This document shows, piece by piece, positions 23,420-33,848 of a stretch of 64,000 bases of DNA. Made by a program: the position numbers and the translations under genes. The notes beneath the pieces were generated by a model. It was not told the origin of the DNA, searched no databases, and worked only from the letters and a program-made list of their open reading frames with translations. Origin of the DNA: an uncultured Candidatus Cloacimonadota bacterium (GTDB taxonomy: Bacteria; Cloacimonadota; Cloacimonadia; Cloacimonadales; TCS61); the NCBI GenBank assembly GCA_964604155.1, contig CAZRXY010000014.1, positions 989-64,988 of the forward strand. The letters run 5' to 3'. Position 1 is the first letter of the stretch. Each line of letters begins with the position of its first letter.

Positions 23420-23887
23420 ATTAGGATACGCATTGCTTGACCAGGAGATTTCTCAGCAGCTCACCACTTTTCCAATTTGCCGGACTGATAGGTTTTTTGT
23501 AACAATAAAATTACACAGGCTACCCCGGAAAAATTTGATATTACTTTGAAAAGGGCATAACAATAAGAGCCATGTGTGAAACCCGTGGCTATTATAGTAT
23601 CATTCCTGTAGGGTGATTTATGAACCATTAAATAAAAATATTTCGGGGGTATGCAAGAATTTATGATTTCTGCTTGACACGAAAATAGGTGCTATAGTTT
23701 TTAAGAATGCTAAGAAAGTGGCATTGTGCCTGAGAATAAAAAAAAGCCTGGAGGCTGTTTGGAATGCAGTTGGAAAAATAATGCAGAGTTTGCAGGAGTC
23801 CTGTTTACACAGGCAGCATCTATTGAACTGTAATCCATGCTGTGAGATCAAAGATGAAAAATAATAATAATAAAATATGAGGACAAA

Positions 23888-26263
23888 ATGGGAGAAGAAA
23901 AGAAGATAGGGATTTTTCTCTGCCAGTGCGGTGGTAATATTTCCAAGACAATCGATTTAGAGGCAGTTCAGCATCATCTGGAAAACAGGCAAGATGTATC
24001 TGTGGTTCAGATTCACAGTAATATGTGTTCCGGTGCGGGGCAGAAATTGATCATGGAAGAAGTTAAGGAAAAGGGCTTGAATCGCGTAGTGATAGCGTCC
24101 TGTTCGCCTCATTTTCATGAAAAGACCTTTCAAGGCACAATGGAGAAATCTGGGTTAAACCCATTTGTAATGGAGCTGGTTAACCTGCGTGAGCATTGTT
24201 CCTGGCCCTATAAGGACAGGCCTGAAGAAGCTACAAACAAAGCCAAGGATTTGGTAGTGGCGTCTCTTAATAAGGTGCGTGAGGACTACAATTTATCCAA
24301 AAAGAAGATACAGATGGGTAAACGAGTTCTGGTGATAGGTGGAGGAATAGCCGGCATCCAGGCATCACTTGATTTGGCAGCTACCGGGAATCAAGTATAT
24401 CTGGTGGAAAAAGAGCCTACGATTGGTGGCAAGATGGCAATACTCACTAAGACTTTTCCCACGGAAGATTGTTCTGCCTGCATCATATCTCCCAAGATGG
24501 CAGCGGCTCAGGATGATCCAAATATCACATTATTAACAAATACTGAAATAGTGAGCACGGTGGGTCACAGACTGCATTTTGAGATCACAGTAGAAAAGAA
24601 GCCACGTTATATAAACCCGGAGATAGATATGGATCAATGCCTGATCTGCGAAAAATGCGTGCAGGAATGCCCGGTGAGTGCACCTAATAAATGGGAGCAA
24701 GGAATAATGGACCGCAAAGCTATCTATATTCCTGCGGCTCTGGCAATTCCTTTCAGATATTTGATAGATGAATCAGTTTGCCTGCATTTTGTGGACGGCT
24801 CTTGTAACATATGCGAAACGGTATGCCCGCAACAGGTAATAGATTTTTCGCAGAAGCCGGAAAAAATCCAATTCACAGTCGATAATATCATTGTAGCTAC
24901 AGGATATGACACGATCGAGCCTTCAGAGAAGCCCATGTTCGGCTATGACAAGCTGAAAAACGTGGTGACAGGGCTGGAAATGGAAAGAATAGTTGACCAC
25001 ATTACAGAGACCCCGCCACCGCGGGAAGTGGGCAATAGAGTAGCATTTATCCAGTGCGTGGGTTCGCGTGATGAGCAAACCGGCAGAGAATACTGCTCCA
25101 GAGTTTGCTGTATGTATGCTGTAAAGCTGGCATCACTTTTGAAGCAGGCAAAGCCTGAGAAGGATATCTATATTTTCTACACCGATATCAGAGCCTATGG
25201 CAAGGGATTTGAGGAGTACTATAAACGGGCTCAGCAATTAGGTATAAAATTTATTCGTGGTAAAGTAGCAGAATTGCGAGGCGTGGCAGAAAGTGATAAG
25301 GTGCTATTGAAAGCAGAAGACACATTGTCACGTCAATTAATAGAAAGTGAATTTGATTTAGTAGTTCTTTCCACAGGGCTAAAACCCAATGATTCTACGG
25401 AAAAAATTGTGAATTTCCTAAAATTAACAAAAAGCTCGGACGGATTTTTACAGGAAGCACATCCCAAGTTCAAGCCGGTAGACACCAATATAGAAGGTGT
25501 GTTTATCTGTGGTGTAGCACAAGGACCAAAGGATATACCGGATACAGTAGCCCAGGCAAGTGCGGCGGCAGCAAGAGTGATGGTTACATTGGCACAGAAA
25601 GAATTTGATGTAGACCCGCAGCTTGCCTTTGTGAAGGCAGCGTTATGTGATGGATGTGGAAAGTGCATTTCAGCCTGCCCCAAGGATGCGCTGGTAATGA
25701 AAAGCAATAAAGCAGAAGTAGTGGAAGCCCTCTGCGTGGGCTGTGGTGCCTGTTTACCCGTGTGCCCCATGGAAGCCATAGATTTTCATAACAGCTCGAA
25801 CCTGCAGATGTATGCCACCATAGACGGGATACTGGAAGGCAAGCAGGAAGGTGAAACACGGATATTGATATTTGCGGATAATACCTGTACATACAGACTG
25901 GCAGATGCTTTGGGCATTAGAAAAATGAAATATGATATTGATACCAGGATAATCAGAGTGCCCAGTGCGGCGAGGATTTCTTCCAGACTGCTCACCTATT
26001 CCTTCAAAAAAGGGGCAGATCTGGTGATTTTGGGTGATTGTCCTGAAGCCAGTTCACTCTATCCCTGGAGCAAACGTGTTACCGAAAATACGATAAAAGA
26101 AGCAAGTGAGAAATTGCAAAATGCTGGCATCGCCGATGAGCGGATATATTTTTCTGAATTTACAGCCGGAGACTTGCAGAAATTTATGGGATTGGTTAAT
26201 GATTTGGCGGCAAAAGTGAAATCTACCGAGGCAATTAGCCAGGAACAGCGCAGCAGATTATAG
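23888..26263 (+). CDS. hdrA: Heterodisulfide reductase subunit A-like flavoprotein fused to a C-terminal MvhD-like domain
   Basis: CQCGGNI, CSP, REHCSW, GGGIAG, TFPTEDCSAC, CVGSRD...YCSRVCC, HPKFKPVDT, ferredoxin motifs, MvhD-like tail. Confidence 0.92.
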   Translation: MGEEKKIGIFLCQCGGNISKTIDLEAVQHHLENRQDVSVVQIHSNMCSGAGQKLIMEEVKEKGLNRVVIASCSPHFHEKTFQGTMEKSGLNPFVMELVNLREHCSWPYKDRPEEATNKAKDLVVASLNKVREDYNLSKKKIQMGKRVLVIGGGIAGIQASLDLAATGNQVYLVEKEPTIGGKMAILTKTFPTEDCSACIISPKMAAAQDDPNITLLTNTEIVSTVGHRLHFEITVEKKPRYINPEIDMDQCLICEKCVQECPVSAPNKWEQGIMDRKAIYIPAALAIPFRYLIDESVCLHFVDGSCNICETVCPQQVIDFSQKPEKIQFTVDNIIVATGYDTIEPSEKPMFGYDKLKNVVTGLEMERIVDHITETPPPREVGNRVAFIQCVGSRDEQTGREYCSRVCCMYAVKLASLLKQAKPEKDIYIFYTDIRAYGKGFEEYYKRAQQLGIKFIRGKVAELRGVAESDKVLLKAEDTLSRQLIESEFDLVVLSTGLKPNDSTEKIVNFLKLTKSSDGFLQEAHPKFKPVDTNIEGVFICGVAQGPKDIPDTVAQASAAAARVMVTLAQKEFDVDPQLAFVKAALCDGCGKCISACPKDALVMKSNKAEVVEALCVGCGACLPVCPMEAIDFHNSSNLQMYATIDGILEGKQEGETRILIFADNTCTYRLADALGIRKMKYDIDTRIIRVPSAARISSRLLTYSFKKGADLVILGDCPEASSLYPWSKRVTENTIKEASEKLQNAGIADERIYFSEFTAGDLQKFMGLVNDLAAKVKSTEAISQEQRSRL

Positions 26264-26276
26264 TGAGGATAAAAAT

Positions 26277-26681
26277 ATGGCAAAGAAGATAGTTTTTGAT
26301 GAAAAGACCCTGGCATTTCAACGCAGGATTGAGGACCTAAGTGGTCAGAATACTGCCTTATGCGATCAATGTGGCACCTGTACAGGCGGCTGTCCCTTTA
26401 TTGAAGAAATGGATATCACACCATCACAATTAATGCGCCAGGTGATGATGGGGCAGGAAGATGTTCTCCAGTGCGATACGCTTTGGATTTGTGCCACCTG
26501 TAATACCTGCACAGTCCGCTGTCCGCGCAAACTTGATGTTTCTAAAATAGCAGAAGCGTTGCGACAGGTGAAATTGCGAGACGAGATAAATAATCTTGAT
26601 TTAAATAATCTTTCTAAAGAAGAATTACGGGAGCTTCCGCAGATTGCTCTGATAGCGGCAATAAGAAAATTGAGTTCATAG
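26277..26681 (+). CDS. hdrC: Heterodisulfide reductase subunit C-like
   Basis: CDQCGTCTGGCP and WICATCNTCTVRCP. Confidence 0.9.
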   Translation: MAKKIVFDEKTLAFQRRIEDLSGQNTALCDQCGTCTGGCPFIEEMDITPSQLMRQVMMGQEDVLQCDTLWICATCNTCTVRCPRKLDVSKIAEALRQVKLRDEINNLDLNNLSKEELRELPQIALIAAIRKLSS

Positions 26682-26738
26682 CGGTTTGATAAAACCTGTT
26701 TTTTTATGAAAGTTAATAATATATAAGGAGAGATAAAA

Positions 26739-27638
26739 GTGAAAATACCATATTTTCCTGGTTGTTCATTAAAAACCTATGGTAGCGGATTTGAAAAATC
26801 AGCCATTGTTTCAGGTAAATTTCTCGATATAGAATTTGTGGAGCTTACCCGCTGGAACTGCTGCGGAGTGGTATCCTCTCTCACCAGCGATGATCTGATG
26901 CATCATCTGGCACCGGTGCGGAATATGATCCGCGCTCTGGAGATGCAGGACGAAGGGCTGGTGGATACCGGCAAAAAGCTGCTGACGCTATGCTCTATGT
27001 GCCTGAATACCCTAAAGCGATCAAACCTGAAAGTGCAGCAGAATCCTGAAGACCTTGGCACTATAAATGATTTTATGTATAAAGAAGATAAGAAATATGA
27101 TGGCAGTGTGGACATAGTACATTTTCTGGAAGTTTTAAAGGAATACGGTTTTGAAAATATTACGGAAAAAGTGAAATTGCCCCTGGAAGGATTGCGTGTA
27201 GCACCGTATTATGGCTGTATGCTGATCCGCCCGAAGGAAGTGGGAATAGATGATGCAGAAGAACCGGTAATCATGGAAGATTTTATAAAATCATTATCGG
27301 CAGAACCCATCAACTGGCATTCTCGCAAAACCTGCTGTGGCAGCTATCTTACTGTGAGTAAGAAAGATCTGGTAATGAAACTAAATCGGCGGATACTGGA
27401 AGATGCCTCCGCACATGGAGCCGATGTGATTATAACAAGCTGCCCCCTGTGTGCTCATAACCTTGACAGTTTCCAAGAAGAAATAATCACACTTGACCCC
27501 GGATTCAAGGCTGTGCCTGTTTTGTACTTTACTCAATTATTAGAAATAGCTCTCTCAGGCGAAGCAACTAATCTCGATTTTAAGAATCATAAAGTAGACC
27601 CACTTGGTGTTATTAATGAAAAAATATTTAAAAAATAA
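26739..27638 (+). CDS. hdrB: Heterodisulfide reductase subunit B-like
   Basis: Two CCG domains: YFPGC/WNCCG/CSMC and YYGC/TCCG/CPLC. Confidence 0.92.
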   Translation: MKIPYFPGCSLKTYGSGFEKSAIVSGKFLDIEFVELTRWNCCGVVSSLTSDDLMHHLAPVRNMIRALEMQDEGLVDTGKKLLTLCSMCLNTLKRSNLKVQQNPEDLGTINDFMYKEDKKYDGSVDIVHFLEVLKEYGFENITEKVKLPLEGLRVAPYYGCMLIRPKEVGIDDAEEPVIMEDFIKSLSAEPINWHSRKTCCGSYLTVSKKDLVMKLNRRILEDASAHGADVIITSCPLCAHNLDSFQEEIITLDPGFKAVPVLYFTQLLEIALSGEATNLDFKNHKVDPLGVINEKIFKK

Positions 27639-27676
27639 AAAACTATTACTTATTTAGTGTAAGGAGGTTATCTACA

Positions 27677-28363
27677 ATGGCAGTGGAGCAAAAGATGGTT
27701 ACCGTTTACATAATGGGAGAATCCTACCAGGTGCCGGAAGGATCAACGATTATCATGGCATGGGAATATGCCGGATTTCAATTAAAAAAGGGACTTGGTT
27801 GCCGGGAAGGATTTTGCGGAGCCTGTGCCACGGTCTATCGTGAAAAAGGCGATTACAAATTGCGCGGTGGACTTGCCTGTCAGACTGTGGTTACAGAAGG
27901 AATGTCACTTGTGCAGGTGCCATTTGTACCCGCTGAGAGACCTAAATATGACCTGGCAGAGCTGGAACCGGGGATAGACACTTTTAAAGAACTTTTCCCC
28001 ACCATATTCCGTTGCGTTGCCTGCAATACCTGTTCCAAAGCCTGTCCTCAGGATATTAAGGTGATGGATTACATTCAAGAACTCAAGCGTGGCGATATTG
28101 CTGCGGCAGCTTCCACCTCATTTGACTGTATCCGCTGTGGGCTATGTGCCCTGAGATGTCCGGCAGATATTGTGCAATTTAATGCAGCGACCCTGGCACA
28201 GAGGCTATATGGCAAGTACCTGGCAAAGCCGAGTCCCGAGCTTGCTCAGCGATTAAAGGAAATAGCCGAAGGCAGGTTTGATGAAGAAATAGAAGAATTG
28301 AATAATATGGGTCATGATGATCTAGTGAAAAGGTATTATTCAAGAGAAATAAAGATAAAATAA
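27677..28363 (+). CDS. Fe-S subunit of a fumarate reductase/succinate dehydrogenase (2Fe-2S plus two 4Fe-4S motifs)
   Basis: GCREGFCGAC...LAC; CVACNTCSKACP; CIRCGLCALRCP. Confidence 0.85.
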   Translation: MAVEQKMVTVYIMGESYQVPEGSTIIMAWEYAGFQLKKGLGCREGFCGACATVYREKGDYKLRGGLACQTVVTEGMSLVQVPFVPAERPKYDLAELEPGIDTFKELFPTIFRCVACNTCSKACPQDIKVMDYIQELKRGDIAAAASTSFDCIRCGLCALRCPADIVQFNAATLAQRLYGKYLAKPSPELAQRLKEIAEGRFDEEIEELNNMGHDDLVKRYYSREIKIK

Positions 28364-28377
28364 GCGGGAGGCAATAG

Positions 28378-30048
28378 ATGTATCCAGAATATATGATGGA
28401 ATCGATACATAAGGTGGAGGCAACTCGTGCCAAAAGACTTGCAATTGCCAAAAAACAAGGCAAGCAGGTGTTTCCAGCGATGACAGAACAGGAACGCGAA
28501 AAGGTGCTGAACACTTATCACCCGGATTACAAAACTGATGCCTTGAAAGAATTGCGGTTAGGACCAAATAAAGGCGAAAAGATCACCAATGAAGTTGTAG
28601 ATATAATGGAATCTTATCCTCGCAACAGAACATCAGATTTTGATCTATCCAAAATAGATTATGAAACTGATGTACTCGTGATAGGCGCTGGTTCTGCCGG
28701 AATGTCTGCTGCCATAGAAGCAGATAAACTGGGCGTAAATACATTACTGGTAACCAAACTAAGACTGGGTGATTCCAATTCCATGATGGCACAGGGTGGT
28801 ATTCAAGCCGCAGACCAATCCGATGACAGCCCCACTCACCACTACCTCGATGTTATTGGCGGGGGTCACTTTGATAATAAGCGAGACTTAGTGGAAGCAT
28901 TAGTAATGGATGGACCAAAATCAATCAAGTGGCTGGAAGAACTGGGAGTAATGTTTGATAAGAATCCTGATGGCTCTATGATGGTGAAACCCGGTGGTGG
29001 CACTTCTCGTAACAGAATGCACTCCACGCGGGACTATACTGGTGCCGGAATTTGCCGCGTACTGAGAGACGAGATATACAGCAATTCCAAAAACCTCCGA
29101 TATCTGGAATACACCTCAGCTACGGAATTGCTCAAGGATGATAAAGGACAGGTGGCAGGCGCCGTTTTATATCATATAGAGCTCAAGGAATATTTTATTG
29201 TTAAAGCCAAGACTGTGATAATCGCTACGGGTGGCTTTGGCAGACTTCACATACGCGGTTTTGAGACTACCAATCATTACGGAGCTACGGGTGACGGATT
29301 AGTTTTGGGTTACCGGGCCGGCGCTAATCTACTATTTATGGATTCTGTACAATATCATCCTACAGGAGCCGTATTCCCTGAACAGATCGTGGGCTTTTTA
29401 TGCACCGAAAAGATCAGGTCTATAGGGGCACAGCCGGTAAATAAGGATGGAGAACTTTTTGTCTATCCCTTAGAACCCCGCGATGTGGAGGCTTCTGCCT
29501 TTATTAAGGAGTGTGAAGAAGGTAGAGGCGTAACCACACCCTCTGGCTTGAAAGGTATCTGGCTCGATAGCCCCTTGATTGACCAGATTTCCGGTGAAGG
29601 TACTATTGAAAAAACCTTGCCGGCTATGCTGAGGCAATATCAAAGATTCGATATCGATATTCGCAAATATCCCATGCTGGTGTATCCCACTTTGCATTAT
29701 CAAAATGGCGGACTGGAAATAAATGCTAATGCTGAGACAAGTGTGCCCGGGTTATACGTCGTAGGCGAAGCATCAGGCGGCATTCACGGTAGAAACCGGT
29801 TGATGGGAAATTCGCAGCTCGATATAATAGTCTTTGGCAGAAGAGCAGGAATTCATGCCGCAGAAAAAGTGAAAAATGGCTTAGAACTGGGAAAACTTAC
29901 CCTGCAGCACGTAGATGAATATGCTAAAGAAGTAGAAAAACTGGGAATCGATAAAAAAAGAGTATCACCCATGATCTTACCAGATTACATCCCAGACCAT
30001 GTGAAAGCTAAGCAGATGACCTCGGAATATCTGGGGACTATATATTGA
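28378..30048 (+). CDS. Fumarate reductase/succinate dehydrogenase flavoprotein, soluble type
   Basis: GAGSAG, AQGGI, ATGG, TGDG, QYHPTG, PRD, HYQNGG, HGRNRLMGNS. Confidence 0.88.
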   Translation: MYPEYMMESIHKVEATRAKRLAIAKKQGKQVFPAMTEQEREKVLNTYHPDYKTDALKELRLGPNKGEKITNEVVDIMESYPRNRTSDFDLSKIDYETDVLVIGAGSAGMSAAIEADKLGVNTLLVTKLRLGDSNSMMAQGGIQAADQSDDSPTHHYLDVIGGGHFDNKRDLVEALVMDGPKSIKWLEELGVMFDKNPDGSMMVKPGGGTSRNRMHSTRDYTGAGICRVLRDEIYSNSKNLRYLEYTSATELLKDDKGQVAGAVLYHIELKEYFIVKAKTVIIATGGFGRLHIRGFETTNHYGATGDGLVLGYRAGANLLFMDSVQYHPTGAVFPEQIVGFLCTEKIRSIGAQPVNKDGELFVYPLEPRDVEASAFIKECEEGRGVTTPSGLKGIWLDSPLIDQISGEGTIEKTLPAMLRQYQRFDIDIRKYPMLVYPTLHYQNGGLEINANAETSVPGLYVVGEASGGIHGRNRLMGNSQLDIIVFGRRAGIHAAEKVKNGLELGKLTLQHVDEYAKEVEKLGIDKKRVSPMILPDYIPDHVKAKQMTSEYLGTIY

Positions 30049-30058
30049 TTGATTAAAC

Positions 30059-30090
30059 AAAAAAGCGACCGCATGCGGTCGCTTTTTTTT
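30059..30090. terminator. Bidirectional terminator between the convergent operons
   Basis: A tract, GCGACCGC-AT-GCGGTCGC palindrome, T tract. Confidence 0.88.
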
Positions 30091-30095
30091 GCATA

Positions 30096-30923
30096 TTATT
30101 CCTTCTTATCCTTCTCCACAGCAAGGCTTTTCAGATACTTAAAGGTCTTATCAATCATGTTAAAGCCCTTATATGCCTCTCCGATATGAAAATTGATATT
30201 CAGCTCCCTGGAATTGGATATATCTTTGGGCGCTGCAATACCATAAGAATAGAGCATCTCCTGATCATTAAAAATATCATCAAGTTTCTTCTGTGCCGCT
30301 TTATGCTTGTGATCAAGCTCGACAACCTGCTTCAGATGCTTTATTGCCTCAGACAAATTAAGGCTGTCCAGATAAGTGAGGGCAAGCTGGAAATGCACCG
30401 AGACTATGGAATCATCTTCCTCTAATATTAGCTTAAACTTTGTAATAGCTTTCTCGTAATCCCCAATAGTTTTATAGGCAATTGCCAAATCGTAGCAGCC
30501 CACCGTGTTATGAGGCATCTTATGACGTAACATTTCAAACATCTCTATACTCTTTGGTATCCTGCCGGTGTGAAAATATGCCAGTCCTATCCAGTAATAT
30601 GCCATATCAAGCTGGCAACCGTCTTCTACCAGACCTTTTAGTATCTTGATACATTGAGAAAATTTGGTGGCACGGAAATATGCTATGCCCAGGCGATAAC
30701 TATCTAATTTGTTATCAGGATTTTTTTTTAATTGCAATTCAAAGTGCTTTATAGATTCTCCCACATCGCCCTTGATGTAGTAAACCTCACCAAGAATTGA
30801 ATACACATCCTTATAATCAGCGTCAATCGTCAGGATTTTCTTGTATAATGCTATAGCATCATCAAGCAGTCCCCTTCTTTTAAGCTCCTCGGCTTTATGA
30901 AAAAGTTCTTTGCAATCATTCAT
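30096..30923 (-). CDS. Tetratricopeptide repeat protein
   Basis: About six 34-aa LGxxY...A/S...F repeats. Confidence 0.85.
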   Translation of the reverse strand: MNDCKELFHKAEELKRRGLLDDAIALYKKILTIDADYKDVYSILGEVYYIKGDVGESIKHFELQLKKNPDNKLDSYRLGIAYFRATKFSQCIKILKGLVEDGCQLDMAYYWIGLAYFHTGRIPKSIEMFEMLRHKMPHNTVGCYDLAIAYKTIGDYEKAITKFKLILEEDDSIVSVHFQLALTYLDSLNLSEAIKHLKQVVELDHKHKAAQKKLDDIFNDQEMLYSYGIAAPKDISNSRELNINFHIGEAYKGFNMIDKTFKYLKSLAVEKDKKE

Positions 30924-30926
30924 CAA

Positions 30927-32387
30927 TTATTTACCCCCTCGTATTTCATTGACAGCCCAATCTCTGGCTTCCTGCAAAAATTCTTCAGGAATATCGCCAA
31001 TAAAGCCATTCTCGACCATTGAATCCGTGAGCTTACGGGCATAATCAATTTCTGCTTTTGCTAAATTGAAAACCTCATCCCAACTGAGGGTATTACGGGC
31101 AACACCATCTTTGATCGCCTGCATAGCTACGTCTGCAGCTTCATGGGCAAAAATATCCGGCTCATCCATCTTTGGAATAATGTCATCAGGACTGATACCA
31201 CGCTTTTCGGCATACGAAGCCAGCGAATAGGAGGCGGCAATTGCCATATTATCCGTGATCTTGGCTGCTCTCACCAACAATGCACCCTTGAGTATACCCG
31301 GAAAACCGATTGAATTATTCACCTGATTAGGAAAATCTCCTCTGCCGGTAGCGACAATAAAAGCTCCAGCTTCCCTGGCGGCGTAAGGATATATTTCCGG
31401 CACCGGATTAGCACATACAAATACTATAGCCTTGTCTGCCATGCTTTTTATCCAAGATTGCTTCACGGTATCCGGTCCCGGCTTAGATAAAGCTATCAAT
31501 ACATCTGCTCCTCTCATGGCTTCTTCTATGGTGGCAATTCTATGAGGATTAGTTTGTTTACAAAGGTCCCATTTGCGGTAAAATTCGGGCTTGGATTCCA
31601 CATCCTGCCTGCCGCTATGCAAAGAACCCCTGGAATCAAACATGATCAGATTATGCGGGTCTGCCCCAGCTTTTATTATTATACGGGCTATAGTGGTATT
31701 AGAAGCCCCCGCCCCTATCATCACTATTTTGGCATCTTCCATCTTCTTCTCTGCCAGCTTGAGAGCATTGATCAAGCCTGCCAGGGTTACCGAAGCTGTA
31801 CCCTGAGCATCATCATGCCAAACCGGGATTATGCACTCTTCTCGAAGTGTATCCAGCACCTTATAGCAATTAGGCTGAGAAATATCCTCCAGATTGACTG
31901 CACCAAAACTTGGTGCTGCCATTTTGACGAATTCGATGATATTATCAGGATCTTTTTCGCCGGCAGCATTCGTGCTGTCCACGCAAAGCGCCACTGCGTC
32001 CACTCCACCCAGATACTTCATTAAATACGCCTTTCCTTCCATCACACCCAAACCACCCGGAGGTGTGCAGTCTCCATCTCCCAAAACCCTCGTGGAATCA
32101 CTCACCACAGCCACAAGATTGCTGCGGTTTGATAATTCGTATGATGCCAGATTATCATCACGTATGGTAGTGGAAACCAGAGAGACTCCCGGCGTGTACC
32201 ACACATTGAACCAGTTAAAGCCGGGTACAGGTACTTTGGGAACTGTTTGAATCTTTCCCCTGTAATACTTGTGCGAAAGAAGTGCCGTTTTTTTCAGGAA
32301 CAACGTCTTTGCCCGAGCTAATTCCTCCTGAGTAAATTCTTCCGGAAATATGTCGTTTATATTCGACAAATCGAGCTTCACCTTCAT
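30927..32387 (-). CDS. NAD(P)-dependent malic enzyme
   Basis: YTPGV, VMEGKA, NLEDI, HDDAQGTA, GAGAS, ANPVPEI, TGRGDFPNQVNN; start moved to ATG 32387. Confidence 0.93.
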   Translation of the reverse strand: MKVKLDLSNINDIFPEEFTQEELARAKTLFLKKTALLSHKYYRGKIQTVPKVPVPGFNWFNVWYTPGVSLVSTTIRDDNLASYELSNRSNLVAVVSDSTRVLGDGDCTPPGGLGVMEGKAYLMKYLGGVDAVALCVDSTNAAGEKDPDNIIEFVKMAAPSFGAVNLEDISQPNCYKVLDTLREECIIPVWHDDAQGTASVTLAGLINALKLAEKKMEDAKIVMIGAGASNTTIARIIIKAGADPHNLIMFDSRGSLHSGRQDVESKPEFYRKWDLCKQTNPHRIATIEEAMRGADVLIALSKPGPDTVKQSWIKSMADKAIVFVCANPVPEIYPYAAREAGAFIVATGRGDFPNQVNNSIGFPGILKGALLVRAAKITDNMAIAASYSLASYAEKRGISPDDIIPKMDEPDIFAHEAADVAMQAIKDGVARNTLSWDEVFNLAKAEIDYARKLTDSMVENGFIGDIPEEFLQEARDWAVNEIRGGK

Positions 32388-32422
32388 TATGATCCTCCGT
32401 TTATATTTATCTTTTTTATCTT

Positions 32423-32974
32423 CTATTCTAATATCTGGAATCTTTTTACTCCTTCCAGATAAAGATCTCCGCCATAACAATCATTCACTACGATCAGCGG
32501 CATTTCTCTCACAACAAGTCTGCGGACAGCTTCGGGACCTAATTCGGGAAAGGCGATCACTTCTGCGGAAATTATTGTTTTTGCCAGAAGGGCTGCCGCT
32601 CCGCCGGTAGCTCCAAAATATACTCCGGGATAATCCTGCAAACCCTGAATAACTTCCTGAGAACGATTTCCCTTTCCGATCATTCCTCTCATTCCCACCT
32701 TGAGCAAATCAACTACAAATGGATCCATGCGATAGCTGGTTGTAGGTCCTGCGGCACCTATCACCTGATCCGGTTTTGCCGGAGATGGTCCCACATAAAA
32801 AATCACGCTCCCCTCAGGATCAAAGGGTAGTGGTTCTCCTGCTTTCAAAAGGTCCACAAGTTTTTGATGGGCTGCATCGCGAGCCGTGTATATAACTCCG
32901 CTTAATGATACCTGATCACCAATCTTAAGTTTTTTAACGTCTTCAAGCCTTAAAGGTGAATTTAATTTTATCAT
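32423..32974 (-). CDS. Fe-S fumarate hydratase, beta subunit
   Basis: TARDAAH, GPTTSYRMD, MIGKG, GGAAAL. Confidence 0.93.
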   Translation of the reverse strand: MIKLNSPLRLEDVKKLKIGDQVSLSGVIYTARDAAHQKLVDLLKAGEPLPFDPEGSVIFYVGPSPAKPDQVIGAAGPTTSYRMDPFVVDLLKVGMRGMIGKGNRSQEVIQGLQDYPGVYFGATGGAAALLAKTIISAEVIAFPELGPEAVRRLVVREMPLIVVNDCYGGDLYLEGVKRFQILE

Positions 32975-32985
32975 CTTCCATTACC

Positions 32986-33831
32986 TCACAGTATATAAGT
33001 CTTTTCTCTATTGGCATGACACTGAATATTCACAGCTACAGGATAAGTAGCGATATGACGGGGAAATACCTCTATAAACAGATCCAGAGCAGTCATCCTG
33101 CCACCCAGACCGGCAGGTCCTATCCCAAGTTTATTTACATCCTCCAGCCAGTCCATTTCATATTGGGCTATCTGAGGATCAGAATTGCGAACACCAATCC
33201 CTCGCAGCAAAGCTTTTTTTGCCAGATATGCTACATAATCAAAAGTTCCGCCAACTCCCACTCCAATAAATATCGGCGGACAGGGATTCCCACCTGCGAT
33301 CTTTACAGTTTCTATCACAAATTCTCTGATGCCTTTCACTCCATCAGCAGGTTTCATCATCTTTATGCGGCTCATGTTCTCTGAACCTCCCCCTTTTGGC
33401 ATAATAGTGATCTTCACCTTGTCACCACCTGTTATATCTGTGTGTAAAATCGCAGGAGTGTTATCCTGAGTATTTTGTGGATTGGTGATGGGGTCTTTCA
33501 CTATTGATTTTCGCAGATAACCTTCTGTGTATCCCTGCGCCACTCCCCTATCCACTGCTTCCTTGAGTAAGCCTCCCGTGAATGCCACTTCCTGACCTAT
33601 CTCCATAAATACTACAGTGAAACCGGTATCCTGGCAAATCGGTGTCATCTCTGCTTGCGCAATTCTTATGTTTTCAAGAAGCTGGTCAAATACTGCCTTG
33701 CCTACCTCAGATTCCTCTTTTTCGCGGGACTTTAAAAAGCACTCTACCAAAGATTCATTGGCTACCGTACTTGCTTCAATACATAGCGATCTGATGATCT
33801 TTGTGATCTCGCCTACATCAATTATCCTCAT
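32986..33831 (-). CDS. Fe-S fumarate hydratase, alpha subunit
   Basis: PICQDTG, KGGGSEN, GNPCPP, GPAGLGG, CHANR. Confidence 0.93.
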   Translation of the reverse strand: MRIIDVGEITKIIRSLCIEASTVANESLVECFLKSREKEESEVGKAVFDQLLENIRIAQAEMTPICQDTGFTVVFMEIGQEVAFTGGLLKEAVDRGVAQGYTEGYLRKSIVKDPITNPQNTQDNTPAILHTDITGGDKVKITIMPKGGGSENMSRIKMMKPADGVKGIREFVIETVKIAGGNPCPPIFIGVGVGGTFDYVAYLAKKALLRGIGVRNSDPQIAQYEMDWLEDVNKLGIGPAGLGGRMTALDLFIEVFPRHIATYPVAVNIQCHANREKTYIL

Positions 33832-33848
33832 AACAAAATCTCCTTATC

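Noticed and set aside
23781..23864. 27-aa Cys-rich ORF upstream of hdrA
   Set aside because: No clear RBS or recognisable motif; could arise by chance.
24455..24485. Selenocysteine in HdrA
   Set aside because: The TEDCSAC motif uses Cys codons and the gene has no in-frame TGA.
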